Notes under the pieces: generated by a model | Databases searched by the model: none | What the model saw: only the letters and a program-made list of their open reading frames with translations | What the model was told of the DNA's origin: nothing | Shown here: positions 55,423-64,000 of the stretch, piece by piece | Position numbering within the stretch: the stretch's first letter is position 1 | Layout: each line of letters opens with the position of its first letter | From: Candidatus Bathyarchaeota archaeon | Lineage (GTDB): Archaea; Thermoproteota; Bathyarchaeia; Bathyarchaeales; Bathycorpusculaceae | Direction of reading: 5' to 3' | NCBI GenBank assembly: GCA_963832745.1 | Contig: CAWHVC010000002.1 | Location: 192,001-256,000, forward strand | DNA length: 64,000 nt | Position numbers and translations under genes: made by a program

Positions 55423-57828
55423 TTGAAAAGAGTAAAGGGTTCAGTTGGCAAGGTTCCAAAGGTTTCCAAGTTTACAGGTTGGGTCAGCAACCGAAGACAG
55501 AAAGGTAAAGAAAAAGAAAAAATCGAACGCACAAAGGAAACAATGCAGCTAAAACTGCTTACGTTTGTTTTTACGTTTGCAGCTATGGGTTTAGCGCTCT
55601 CAGTTATTCCGTTGTTTCCTCAACCGTTGCCGTTGCTTTTAGCGGCGTTGATAGCGTTTGTAAGTTTTAAATCACCACGAATCGGCATTCCAGCAGGAAC
55701 CACTCTTATTGGACTTGGCTTAATTTATCACCTTTCAGAAATAAACTTTATAGCGTTAATTGGTGAAGTGCCAAACCGCGTAGTTTTCACCGTAATTTGG
55801 ATGGCGCTTTTTGTTGTCCCGCCCATATTTTTCCATCGTCACAAAACAGCAATCGCAATTGATTTGGGCATAATTGCGGCCATGGTACTGTTTTATGCGC
55901 CCATTTACTATTTGGCAATCCCTATAATTTTGACTTCAGCGGTTTTCTTTAAGAAAAGTGCCGCGACAACCCTTCTGTATTACGTTTTAATTGCTTTGCC
56001 TCTGCAAGTAGTTCAATACTTCAACTATATCAAGGCAATTCCACAGCAGGAATGGTGGATTGTGCCCGGCTCTAGTCCGCCAGTTATGGTTCCGTTAGAC
56101 GGACTTCTTAAAGGGCTTCAAAGCTCGATGACTCAGTTTAGGCTTTTTGATACTGCCCAATTTGTTAACGTTGTTTATTCGCAATTTACCATATTTCCTG
56201 ATGTGTTGGGAAAAACTTTGAGGTCAGCTTTTGTGCAATATTTAGATTCGTTCCCCGGCATTTTTATGTTCATAATAATTATTGCCGGCATAGTTTTAGC
56301 GTTTGTTTTCTTCGCAAGAGTTTTCATCCAAGAAGCTAACATGCCCTATGGTGACCAGTTACTTGCGCCAGTTACAGCGATAATCACAACCGCTTTGTTC
56401 TTTATCCTGTTGAATGTTCTGCAAGAACCTTTAGCTTTTACCGCTAACATTGACGCCGGCACCATTCTTTTTGCTACCCTTGCCACAGCCGCGTTTACGT
56501 TGCCTCTATCATTTTTGACTACTGCACCAAAAATAACCGCTACAGGCGAAATGATTATTGCCAAAGCAAACGAGCTTAAAGCTGAACTAAAAGACTTCAA
56601 AACCAGCTTAGACACGGTAAAAGAATCCATTCCAGTAAACGTTAGCTCCCCCGAAGGAAAAATGTTAATCCTCTATGACAAACTAAACGATATCCTAAAC
56701 AAATCATCATCCGCCTTCTTTGCAGAAGAAGACTTAGACCGCATATACACCGATCTAAGCAAAAACACAAGCCAAGAAATCAAGAACCTCTCAGAGGAAC
56801 TTAACCAGATTCTTGGTGAGTACCAGATTTTTGTTAATGGCGAATACTCCGACTGGTCAGGCAAGCTAAAACAGGCAGGACTAAAAATCAGCAACAACAT
56901 AAGAATTAGTCCTCAAAAGGAAATGCCCCTGCAAGAACGGATTAAAAGCATTCAAGCAGTCCTTATTGAAAGCAGAAACATGGCAAACGATGTAATCAAC
57001 ACTGCTGAGCCAATCTACAACATTATCCGTGCACTTTACGATCCTGACCTGCCAGAGGATTGCCAAGTTGTAGATTTTGCAAGAGAAAAACTGCACAACA
57101 AAGCACCCTTCCATGCTATAAGCGGTTTGTACAGTGGCCTTATGAATTGGCGTAAGCAGTACAGCAAACAAGTTGAGCAGTCAATTGAGCAGCTTAACAA
57201 GTCGTTATTCTCAATTATTGAATTGGGAAAATCACCTGACAGTTTAGCAATTATTTTCGGCGACAAGTTGCCAATGATTCTTGCTGGCGCTAAACGTGCA
57301 GAAAGTATCAGGAAAACCAGCGAAACAACCCGGTTAAGTGTTCTTAACCTTATCACGCTTCGGGAAATGCTTGAAAGCTTTATTGAAACCTCAAAGGATG
57401 TCCTTTCGGTACTGTACGAGGAAATTAAGGATAAAGAGCAAACTATCGAAGACTTAACCCCTGCTGAGGATACGCTTTGGGAGAAAAACGCCACCTTACG
57501 CGAACGAATGACAGCCGCTATGCAGGAACTCTACAACCCTAAGACTCCACTTGACCAAATCATGGTGCATCTTCCCAAATATTTAGACTACATCGACGAA
57601 GCAGTACAAACACTTGTTGCATATAACGACCGAAAGGAACTCCTGTTAAACTATCCAATGGCAGAAACAGCGATTCTTGAACAACTCAAAATCAAAACCA
57701 AACTAACGCCACAGGACCTGCCGTTCCAACACAAGTATGCTCAAGAATACCTGCGGTTGTTCTACATGCAACGGTTCAGCCAGTACAGTTTTGACCGCCA
57801 AAACGCTTGGTTAATGAAAAAGGAGTAA
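55423..57828 (+). CDS. polytopic membrane protein with large helical C-terminal region
   Basis: About 9-10 TM segments in the N-terminal 365 aa, then ~430 aa helical. Confidence 0.8.
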   Translation: MKRVKGSVGKVPKVSKFTGWVSNRRQKGKEKEKIERTKETMQLKLLTFVFTFAAMGLALSVIPLFPQPLPLLLAALIAFVSFKSPRIGIPAGTTLIGLGLIYHLSEINFIALIGEVPNRVVFTVIWMALFVVPPIFFHRHKTAIAIDLGIIAAMVLFYAPIYYLAIPIILTSAVFFKKSAATTLLYYVLIALPLQVVQYFNYIKAIPQQEWWIVPGSSPPVMVPLDGLLKGLQSSMTQFRLFDTAQFVNVVYSQFTIFPDVLGKTLRSAFVQYLDSFPGIFMFIIIIAGIVLAFVFFARVFIQEANMPYGDQLLAPVTAIITTALFFILLNVLQEPLAFTANIDAGTILFATLATAAFTLPLSFLTTAPKITATGEMIIAKANELKAELKDFKTSLDTVKESIPVNVSSPEGKMLILYDKLNDILNKSSSAFFAEEDLDRIYTDLSKNTSQEIKNLSEELNQILGEYQIFVNGEYSDWSGKLKQAGLKISNNIRISPQKEMPLQERIKSIQAVLIESRNMANDVINTAEPIYNIIRALYDPDLPEDCQVVDFAREKLHNKAPFHAISGLYSGLMNWRKQYSKQVEQSIEQLNKSLFSIIELGKSPDSLAIIFGDKLPMILAGAKRAESIRKTSETTRLSVLNLITLREMLESFIETSKDVLSVLYEEIKDKEQTIEDLTPAEDTLWEKNATLRERMTAAMQELYNPKTPLDQIMVHLPKYLDYIDEAVQTLVAYNDRKELLLNYPMAETAILEQLKIKTKLTPQDLPFQHKYAQEYLRLFYMQRFSQYSFDRQNAWLMKKE

Positions 57829-57851
57829 CCCTCCATTTTTGAGGGCACTTT

Positions 57852-58145
57852 TTATTCTTTACATTGTCTTAGGTCTTTGATTTCAACTTGGGATTTGTTA
57901 AGGATAGCCGTGTCACTTATCGAGCTAATAGTTGAGACAGGCAGACAAACCATAACTTTACCCATAAACGGCTGCTTCAAGTTAAGCAAAGCAGCTGCTT
58001 GATCAGTTAAGTTAACATAAAAGTTGGTTATCTGCCAAGTTTTTTGGTCCAGTTCTGCACTTTGAGTTTCTCCAAGTAGAAAACCGTCTGAAGTATACAC
58101 TTTTTTCCAAAAAAGCCTACTAATTTCAACCATAAAAATCGCCAT
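57852..58145 (-). CDS. PRC-barrel domain protein
   Basis: KKVYTSDG..LGE....ELD..TWQIT. Confidence 0.8.
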   Translation of the reverse strand: MAIFMVEISRLFWKKVYTSDGFLLGETQSAELDQKTWQITNFYVNLTDQAAALLNLKQPFMGKVMVCLPVSTISSISDTAILNKSQVEIKDLRQCKE

Positions 58146-58261
58146 AAAAGCTGTTACTTACTTCTTCGTTAAGCGGTTATATTTATTTTGCGTTGTTGGC
58201 TGTTGAGCGTTTGTAAAATTCTTTTTTACCTTCAAGATACACTTTTGTTTGGTGAATTATT

Positions 58262-58639
58262 TTGGTTGCACCTAATGAAATTAAAGAGTTAACTCCTGAA
58301 GAAAAATCAGTTATAGAGGACAAAGGCACTGAAACTCCCTTCACAGGTAAATATTACGCTTTCTGGGAAAAAGGAACCTACGTTTGCCGACGCTGCCGTT
58401 CTCCGCTGTATCGGTCTGAGAACAAGTTTGAAGCAGGATGCGGCTGGCCAAGCTTTGACCAAGAAATCCCAGGTGCAGTAAAACGCTTGCCCGACCCAGA
58501 CGGAAGACGGATAGAAATACAATGCGCACACTGTGGTGCTCATTTGGGACATGTTTTCACAGGTGAACATTTTACTGAGAAAAATACTCGGCACTGCGTG
58601 AACAGTATATCTATGGAGTTTGTTCCAGACCCAAAATAA
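58262..58639 (+). CDS. msrB: peptide methionine-R-sulfoxide reductase
   Basis: GTE.PFTG, CGWPSF, HLGHVF, RHCVNS. Confidence 0.95.
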   Translation: MVAPNEIKELTPEEKSVIEDKGTETPFTGKYYAFWEKGTYVCRRCRSPLYRSENKFEAGCGWPSFDQEIPGAVKRLPDPDGRRIEIQCAHCGAHLGHVFTGEHFTEKNTRHCVNSISMEFVPDPK

Positions 58640-58706
58640 TCAAGCCTTTGCTTTATAGAAAGAGTTATAGGCACACTTTAAGGCAGAATAGTATTGAGAA
58701 CGCTTT

Positions 58707-59525
58707 ATGTCTACAGTTGAACCCACCCTTACGTCTTCCCCTACGGCGGCCAGCAACATCATGGGGTTGGATATCACTTTAAGCCAAATTATTTGGTTAG
58801 TGCTAATTGCTGTAATCGCTATAGCTTTAGAACGGTTAATAACACGGTACCTGTCAGGTTTCGCTAAAAGGGCTAGACTTGAAGCGAATGCTGCAAACAA
58901 TTTAACCCTAACTTTTCGCATTCTCATTTTAGTCGGAGCTTTACTTGCTATAACCGAAATTGGCGGTTTCCCCGCAGACCTGCTCATATCTATTTCAGCT
59001 ATCAGCGGTGCAGCGGTAGGTTTTGCTTCTCAAAAAACCATAGGCAACTTTGTTGCAGGACTTTTTCTGCTTTCAGCCCGACCCTTCAAAGTAGGCGATT
59101 ACGTAAAAATCGGAACAGTAGAAGGCATAGCCCAAGAAATCACCCTAAACTACGCCAAAATATTAACCGCAGGCAACAGCGTCGTCGCAATAAGCAACCT
59201 CCAAATGCTCGACCAGAACATAACCAACTACCTTAATGTAAGCAAAACAAAAGGCAGCCTTTACTGTTACACGTTTGAAATTGGTTTTGACCATTCAGTT
59301 TCAACACACAAGATAATGGAAATCTTTAACACAATATTTGACCACTATGAACGTATCTTGCCGAAACGACCTTTCTGTGTCTTAACACGTTCAAGTGCTT
59401 TAGAAAGAGTTTATACAGTTTACTTCTATGTGGAGCAGGCAGGTGACATATTCACGATAAGGCCCCAGATTGCCGATGAAGTCTTCAAACGTTGGGATGA
59501 AGAAAGAGCAAAACTAAAGAAATAA
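58707..59525 (+). CDS. mscS: small-conductance mechanosensitive channel family protein
   Basis: GFASQ..IGNFVAG...L..RPFKVGDYV. Confidence 0.88.
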   Translation: MSTVEPTLTSSPTAASNIMGLDITLSQIIWLVLIAVIAIALERLITRYLSGFAKRARLEANAANNLTLTFRILILVGALLAITEIGGFPADLLISISAISGAAVGFASQKTIGNFVAGLFLLSARPFKVGDYVKIGTVEGIAQEITLNYAKILTAGNSVVAISNLQMLDQNITNYLNVSKTKGSLYCYTFEIGFDHSVSTHKIMEIFNTIFDHYERILPKRPFCVLTRSSALERVYTVYFYVEQAGDIFTIRPQIADEVFKRWDEERAKLKK

Positions 59526-59549
59526 TTACTGTATCTCTCAAATAGTTTA

Positions 59550-59891
59550 ATGGCACATTTTATGGATAACCAAAATCAGCTTGAAGCCCAAGCAAATAAC
59601 CTGTCTAGTCTAATCAGTTATCAAGAAGGTGCAGTTGTAAGCAGAACAGTCATCGATAAGACAGCTGGAACCGTCACGCTTTTTGCTTTTGACCAAAAAC
59701 AGGGCTTAAGCGAGCACACGGCACCATTTGACGCCATGGTAATCATTTTAGAAGGCACGGCAGAGGTCACCATTGCAGGCAAACCCGTCACGTTAAAACA
59801 GGGCGAAACAACCATAATGCCCGCAAACAAACCACACGCTCTCACAGCGGTAACCCGATTCAAAATGCTCCTAATCATGATTAAAGCCTAA
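59550..59891 (+). CDS. cupin domain protein
   Basis: LFAFD..Q.LSEHTAP, MPANKPHAL. Confidence 0.9.
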   Translation: MAHFMDNQNQLEAQANNLSSLISYQEGAVVSRTVIDKTAGTVTLFAFDQKQGLSEHTAPFDAMVIILEGTAEVTIAGKPVTLKQGETTIMPANKPHALTAVTRFKMLLIMIKA

Positions 59892-60499
59892 AACGGCTTA
59901 TCCCAACAATCCCGAAAACAAAACTCTTTGACACTTTTCTTTTCTTGGTCAACTGGTTTCTCATCAGGGTATCCCATTAAAATTATTGCTTGAGGCTCAA
60001 CCGCTTCGGGAACACTCAAAACTTTCCTGACGGCTTCTTTGCAGAACATTGGCGCAGAAAACCAGCATGCCCCCAAACCGTTTCCGCTGGCAGAAAGCAA
60101 CAAGTTCTCTATTGCTGCGCCCAAGCTTTGAACCGCCAAATCCCTCTCAGCCGACATGCCTTTCTCATCAGAATACCGCCTCATACCTTCAAGGGTTAAG
60201 CATGCAACAACAAGAACAGGCGCCTTGCTGAAACGGTGAATGCTAAAATCAATCTGCGACTGCTCAACCATAACGCCGTCTTTGGCGCAATCAGAAACCC
60301 AAGCAACTGCCATAGCCTCAGCCAAAACCCGCTTAACCGCCAAGTCAGAAACAACAATGAAACGCCAAGGCTGAGCATTATGCGCCGAGGGTGCCCAACC
60401 TGCAGCTTCTAAAGCCTCTAAAACAAGCGTGTCCGGTATAGGTTGACTTGTGTATTTGCGGATGCTCCGCCGTTGCTTAAGCAAGTCTTTGATTGACAT
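59888..60499 (-). CDS. nitroreductase family protein
   Basis: RRSIRKY, APSAHNAQPWRF, GLGACW, MGYP. Confidence 0.92.
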   Translation of the reverse strand: MSIKDLLKQRRSIRKYTSQPIPDTLVLEALEAAGWAPSAHNAQPWRFIVVSDLAVKRVLAEAMAVAWVSDCAKDGVMVEQSQIDFSIHRFSKAPVLVVACLTLEGMRRYSDEKGMSAERDLAVQSLGAAIENLLLSASGNGLGACWFSAPMFCKEAVRKVLSVPEAVEPQAIILMGYPDEKPVDQEKKSVKEFCFRDCWDKPF

Positions 60500-60539
60500 A
60501 AAAGAAAGAATGTAAGTTTGGGTTTTTATTGTTTACAAG

Positions 60540-61580
60540 TTAATGCTTATTTGGTTCAAGAATCACTTTGAGAGATTCGCCTGCGTTTGCCATAAGTCGG
60601 AAGCCTTCTTGAGCTTCACGCAGAGGCAGCCTGTGGGTTATCATGTCTTTCACGTTTAGTTTTTTGGTTGAAAGAATCGCTAAGGCTTCTTCAAGATCGT
60701 TGGGTGCTGCACCGTAACTTGTGCGAATCGTGATTTCATTTCTCCAAAACTGGTTAATCGGCAAAGAAATCTTCACTGTAGGATCAGGAACCGCAAAGAA
60801 CAAAATAGTGCCGCCTTTCTCAACACATTCAACCGCTGACGTCACGGCTGAGGTTGCTCCAGTGCAAACGATAACCTGGTCAGCTAATCGTCCATCATTT
60901 AAGGACTTTATTTTCTGTGACAAATTATCTCTTGCGTCAAGCGCAAAATCCGCACCAAACTGTACTGCAAGCTTCATACGGTACTCGTTAATGTCTGCAA
61001 CAATGACTTTTTTTGCACCCTTGAATTTCGCAAGTTGCGTATGCAAAATCCCTGAGATGCCGCTGCCGATAATCAGCACAACGTCGTCTTTTTGGATGTT
61101 TGCTATTCTTTGGCCTCGGGCTACACAAGCTAAGGGTTCAATAAATGTGCCTTCTTCAAAGCTCATGTCATCTGGCAGCTTGTAGACGCCGTATTGGACA
61201 TTGATTTTTGGAACTTTAATGTATTGGCTGAAGCCGCCGGGATAATAGTTTGTGTTGTGTAGGGTTTCGCAGGCTGTATGGTGTCCTTTTTGGCAGTGAA
61301 CGCAGACGTTGCAGGGTACATGGTGGGAAACGAAGACTCGGTCGCCGACTTTTAGGTTGCTAACTTTTTTGCCTACTTGGTCGATTACGCCAGTGGCTTC
61401 ATGACCCAGCACACGTGGAGCCTTAGGGAGACGGTACCATTCCAAAACGTCGCTTCCACATATGCCGCTTGCCATAACCTTCAGCAAAACCTCTTCTTCA
61501 CCGATTTCAGGCATCGGGAATTCTTCAACACGGACATCTTTGTTATTGTAATAAACAGCAACAAGCATATAGTTCACCAA
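60540..61580 (-). CDS. zinc-dependent (polyol/threonine-type) dehydrogenase
   Basis: GICGSD, GHE, C..C..C.......C, EPLAC, ITHR. Confidence 0.9.
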   Translation of the reverse strand: MVNYMLVAVYYNNKDVRVEEFPMPEIGEEEVLLKVMASGICGSDVLEWYRLPKAPRVLGHEATGVIDQVGKKVSNLKVGDRVFVSHHVPCNVCVHCQKGHHTACETLHNTNYYPGGFSQYIKVPKINVQYGVYKLPDDMSFEEGTFIEPLACVARGQRIANIQKDDVVLIIGSGISGILHTQLAKFKGAKKVIVADINEYRMKLAVQFGADFALDARDNLSQKIKSLNDGRLADQVIVCTGATSAVTSAVECVEKGGTILFFAVPDPTVKISLPINQFWRNEITIRTSYGAAPNDLEEALAILSTKKLNVKDMITHRLPLREAQEGFRLMANAGESLKVILEPNKH

Positions 61581-61593
61581 AGCAAAAGGGTGG

Positions 61594-62391
61594 TTAAGCT
61601 TTTCCAGCTATAACCTGATTGTAGAGGTCCTCAGCTTCCTGTGGTGTGAAGCTTTCATGAATTATTGCACGGATAGCTCTGATTGATGCAACTGGATGCT
61701 CTGTTTGCCAAATGTTTCTACCCAAATTAACGCCGATAGCGCCTTTCTGAATGCCATCATAAACGAAGTCAAAGACTTCTCTTTGAGTTTCAGTTTTAGG
61801 TCCACCAGCAATAACAATGGGGACTGGGCAGCCTTCAACAACTTTCTCAAAGTGTTCTTTACAGTAATAGGTTTTTACGACTCGAGCGCCAATTTCTGCT
61901 GCGATACGTGCTGCAAGGGCCAGGTATCTTGCTTCTCTTTTCTCAAGCTCTTTGCCAACCGCGCAAACTGCCATGACTGGAACGCCGTATTCCTCACAGT
62001 CGTCAACCAGTTTGGACAAATTCGTTAAGCTTTTGTTTTCGTATTTTGAGCCAACAAAAACTGACATGGAAACTGCGCTGGCGTTTAGCCTGATGATTTC
62101 TTGTATGCCGGTTACGATGCTTTCGTTTGCAAGGTCTTCTCCTACTACTGAGACTGCGCCTGAAACCCTCATGATGTAAGGTTTTTCGATGGCTGGGTCC
62201 ACACAGTTGCGTAACACGCCACGTGTTAGCATCAAGGCGTCTGCATATTGATAAATTGGTTTTATGGTTTCTGCTGGCTTTTCAAGGCAGTGAGTTGGGC
62301 CTTGGAAGTATCCATGGTCGATTGGTAAAAAGAGGGCTTTTCCGTCTTTCTGGATGAGCTTGTTTAATCTGTTTTGCATACCCCATTCCAT
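61594..62391 (-). CDS. lsrF: LsrF-like class I aldolase/thiolase
   Basis: MEWGMQNRL, DHGYFQGPT, VKTYY, AGGPK, GRNIWQ. Confidence 0.8.
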   Translation of the reverse strand: MEWGMQNRLNKLIQKDGKALFLPIDHGYFQGPTHCLEKPAETIKPIYQYADALMLTRGVLRNCVDPAIEKPYIMRVSGAVSVVGEDLANESIVTGIQEIIRLNASAVSMSVFVGSKYENKSLTNLSKLVDDCEEYGVPVMAVCAVGKELEKREARYLALAARIAAEIGARVVKTYYCKEHFEKVVEGCPVPIVIAGGPKTETQREVFDFVYDGIQKGAIGVNLGRNIWQTEHPVASIRAIRAIIHESFTPQEAEDLYNQVIAGKA

Positions 62392-62510
62392 AATGAATTC
62401 TCCGTTAGACTGCTTTCTTGTTTTAACTGTATAATAAGTTTAGTGATAAATCACGCACTGGTTAAAGATGACAAAACAGGGTTAAGAAGAGAAATTTGTT
62501 TAAAAAAGTG

Positions 62511-62990
62511 CTAATTGTTTTTTTTAGCGGGCTTTTTGTCTGTCGATTCTAACTCTTTTATGCGTGTTTCAATAAATTCAACAACATTTTCTTCGCAGGA
62601 CAGCTTCTCTTCTTTCTGTTTTTGCAGTTGGTCTTTGATAGTGTTAAGAATTTTTTCTACATCAAAAGGCTTCATTACGTAAGCGTTTGCTCCATTGTTA
62701 ACGGCGCTGATGGCGTTTTGCAAAGTTGGGTAACCTGTTACGATGATTTTGCGCATTTTAGGTTTAGTTGAACGTAACTTTGGCAATAATTCAATTCCTT
62801 CCATGTCAGGCAGGCGAACGTCGACTAATGCAATGTTGAAAAAGGCGTTTTCGCTTTTTTCTATACCTCTTGTCGCTGTATCGGCGCATTCAACGTTGTA
62901 GCCTTCATCTGTAAGTATAGTTTCAAGAACACGACGTATGTTTTCATCATCATCGATAATGAGAATTCTTGCATTTTCAGGCATTTTCAC
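62511..62990 (-). CDS. stand-alone response regulator (REC)
   Basis: IIDDD, DVRLPDMEG, TG, KPF. Confidence 0.92.
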   Translation of the reverse strand: MKMPENARILIIDDDENIRRVLETILTDEGYNVECADTATRGIEKSENAFFNIALVDVRLPDMEGIELLPKLRSTKPKMRKIIVTGYPTLQNAISAVNNGANAYVMKPFDVEKILNTIKDQLQKQKEEKLSCEENVVEFIETRIKELESTDKKPAKKNN

Positions 62991-63125
62991 ATTTCACCTC
63001 CAAGGTTAACACGTTGGCTGATTGTTAGTGCACGTTTTACACTGACAACCTTCATTACTTCCTAAACGTTAACTCCTTTTGATAAAGCCTTTATGAACCT
63101 TTAATCTGAATTGTCAAGTATTATT

Positions 63126-63533
63126 TTACTCGGGCTGTTTCATGTAAGCTTGTTTCATTTCTTTTATATAGCCAACAAAACAAACTTGACCCGTGTCTAC
63201 GGTTATTGAGCTGCCAACTTTTAGATACAAATTTTTCATTATTAAAATTTCAAGAAACCGTGCACCTGAACCAAAAATCTGCTCCATTGCTTCTTGAAAC
63301 TTTGTTAGCCTACTTGGAATTTGATTTCTTTTTAGGCAAAATTTTTCTTCGAGGTGAAAATAAATAGATTTTTTCACGGATTCACCTAAACTGAAAAATG
63401 CGTTGTCAATAGATGATAGCAAGAGTTCATCAAATTCTTTGGCTTTGGGTGTTTGTTGGTTTGTTCCTCGAGCGGTTGGCATTGTATTAAGTATATACTT
63501 TTTATTTGCTTTTAAATGTACTTCCCTGTTCAA
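63126..63533 (-). CDS. DUF3227-like archaeal signalling-associated protein
   Basis: ID..F..LGE.....IYFHL...F.L....IP.....F..AME.IFG.GA..LE..I. Confidence 0.7.
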   Translation of the reverse strand: MNREVHLKANKKYILNTMPTARGTNQQTPKAKEFDELLLSSIDNAFFSLGESVKKSIYFHLEEKFCLKRNQIPSRLTKFQEAMEQIFGSGARFLEILIMKNLYLKVGSSITVDTGQVCFVGYIKEMKQAYMKQPE

Positions 63534-63564
63534 CTTTCAGGTTACTTCTGTATGTTTAAAAACT

Positions 63565-63768
63565 TCACTTTTCAGGAAAACAATTGCCAACGTCAGAGCG
63601 TCTCTTCTTGTGTAAAGCCTCAGTCATCAAACTTACCTCTTTAACATAGTCCATCAAAGCCAACCGCAACGCTTCACTTTCGCTAGTTCCCAACCGAGTA
63701 GCCAACTCAACAAGTATCTCACGCTGCTCCCGACTTAACACCACTTTAACCACGACTTTTCTAGCCAT
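63565..63768 (-). CDS. CopG/RHH-like small DNA-binding protein
   Basis: VKVVLSREQREIL..LA.RLG.SESEALRLAL. Confidence 0.75.
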   Translation of the reverse strand: MARKVVVKVVLSREQREILVELATRLGTSESEALRLALMDYVKEVSLMTEALHKKRRSDVGNCFPEK

Positions 63769-64000
63769 TACATTTCACACTTTTTCCTTAAATCAACCCA
63801 CAGGAAGGTCCCATGCAGGCCCTTGCGCAGTCATACAGGTTGTACCATTCAACTTTTTGGTTTCCAAGTATATTAGTGAAGTATCAGAAATGTGAGGTCA
63901 AACACAAAATGCCTTGGGAAACAACCGAAAAATGCCTCAAAAGCGGGTACAAACCAGTTGAAAACTTTCAACAAGATGGCGTTTACACCAATCATTTTCC

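Noticed and set aside
61594-62391. AI-2 quorum-sensing system
   Set aside because: Only an LsrF-like gene is present; no lsrK, lsrG or transporter nearby, so sugar catabolism is as likely.

Overview
Archaeal chromosomal window. Gene content and promoter style point to Bathyarchaeia; this is an inference, as no rRNA is present. From left to right it holds: a trpE-G-D-C-B-A operon (minus strand); a small decayed island flanked by a duplicated DUF362 gene end; tRNA-Lys(CTT); a ~10 kb cluster of small stress-type genes sharing an 18-bp promoter motif; CorA, ADH, a beta-propeller surface protein, two PAS histidine kinases and tRNA-Gln(CTG); a prenylcysteine-oxidase-like gene; a collapsed provirus-like remnant; CoA biosynthesis genes; an alpha-ribazole salvage pair (cblT/cblS-like) with an RHH-CblS fusion regulator; two GH5-like hydrolases; a four-gene locus with two tubulin/FtsZ-superfamily proteins and two membrane proteins; and housekeeping genes. 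The four strongest leads are: (1) the only well-supported trpE start sits in a 16-codon leader that would need a +1 shift at CTT-TGG, a prfB-like slippery site with a Trp codon in place of the stop, which suggests tryptophan-sensing frameshifting; (2) the tubulin/pseudo-tubulin membrane locus; (3) the enzyme-derived RHH-CblS regulator with two matching operators; (4) a candidate archaeal general-stress regulon. Several other indels occur in the window, so assembly error must be excluded for every frameshift claim. Family assignments come from motif recognition by eye, not database searches.
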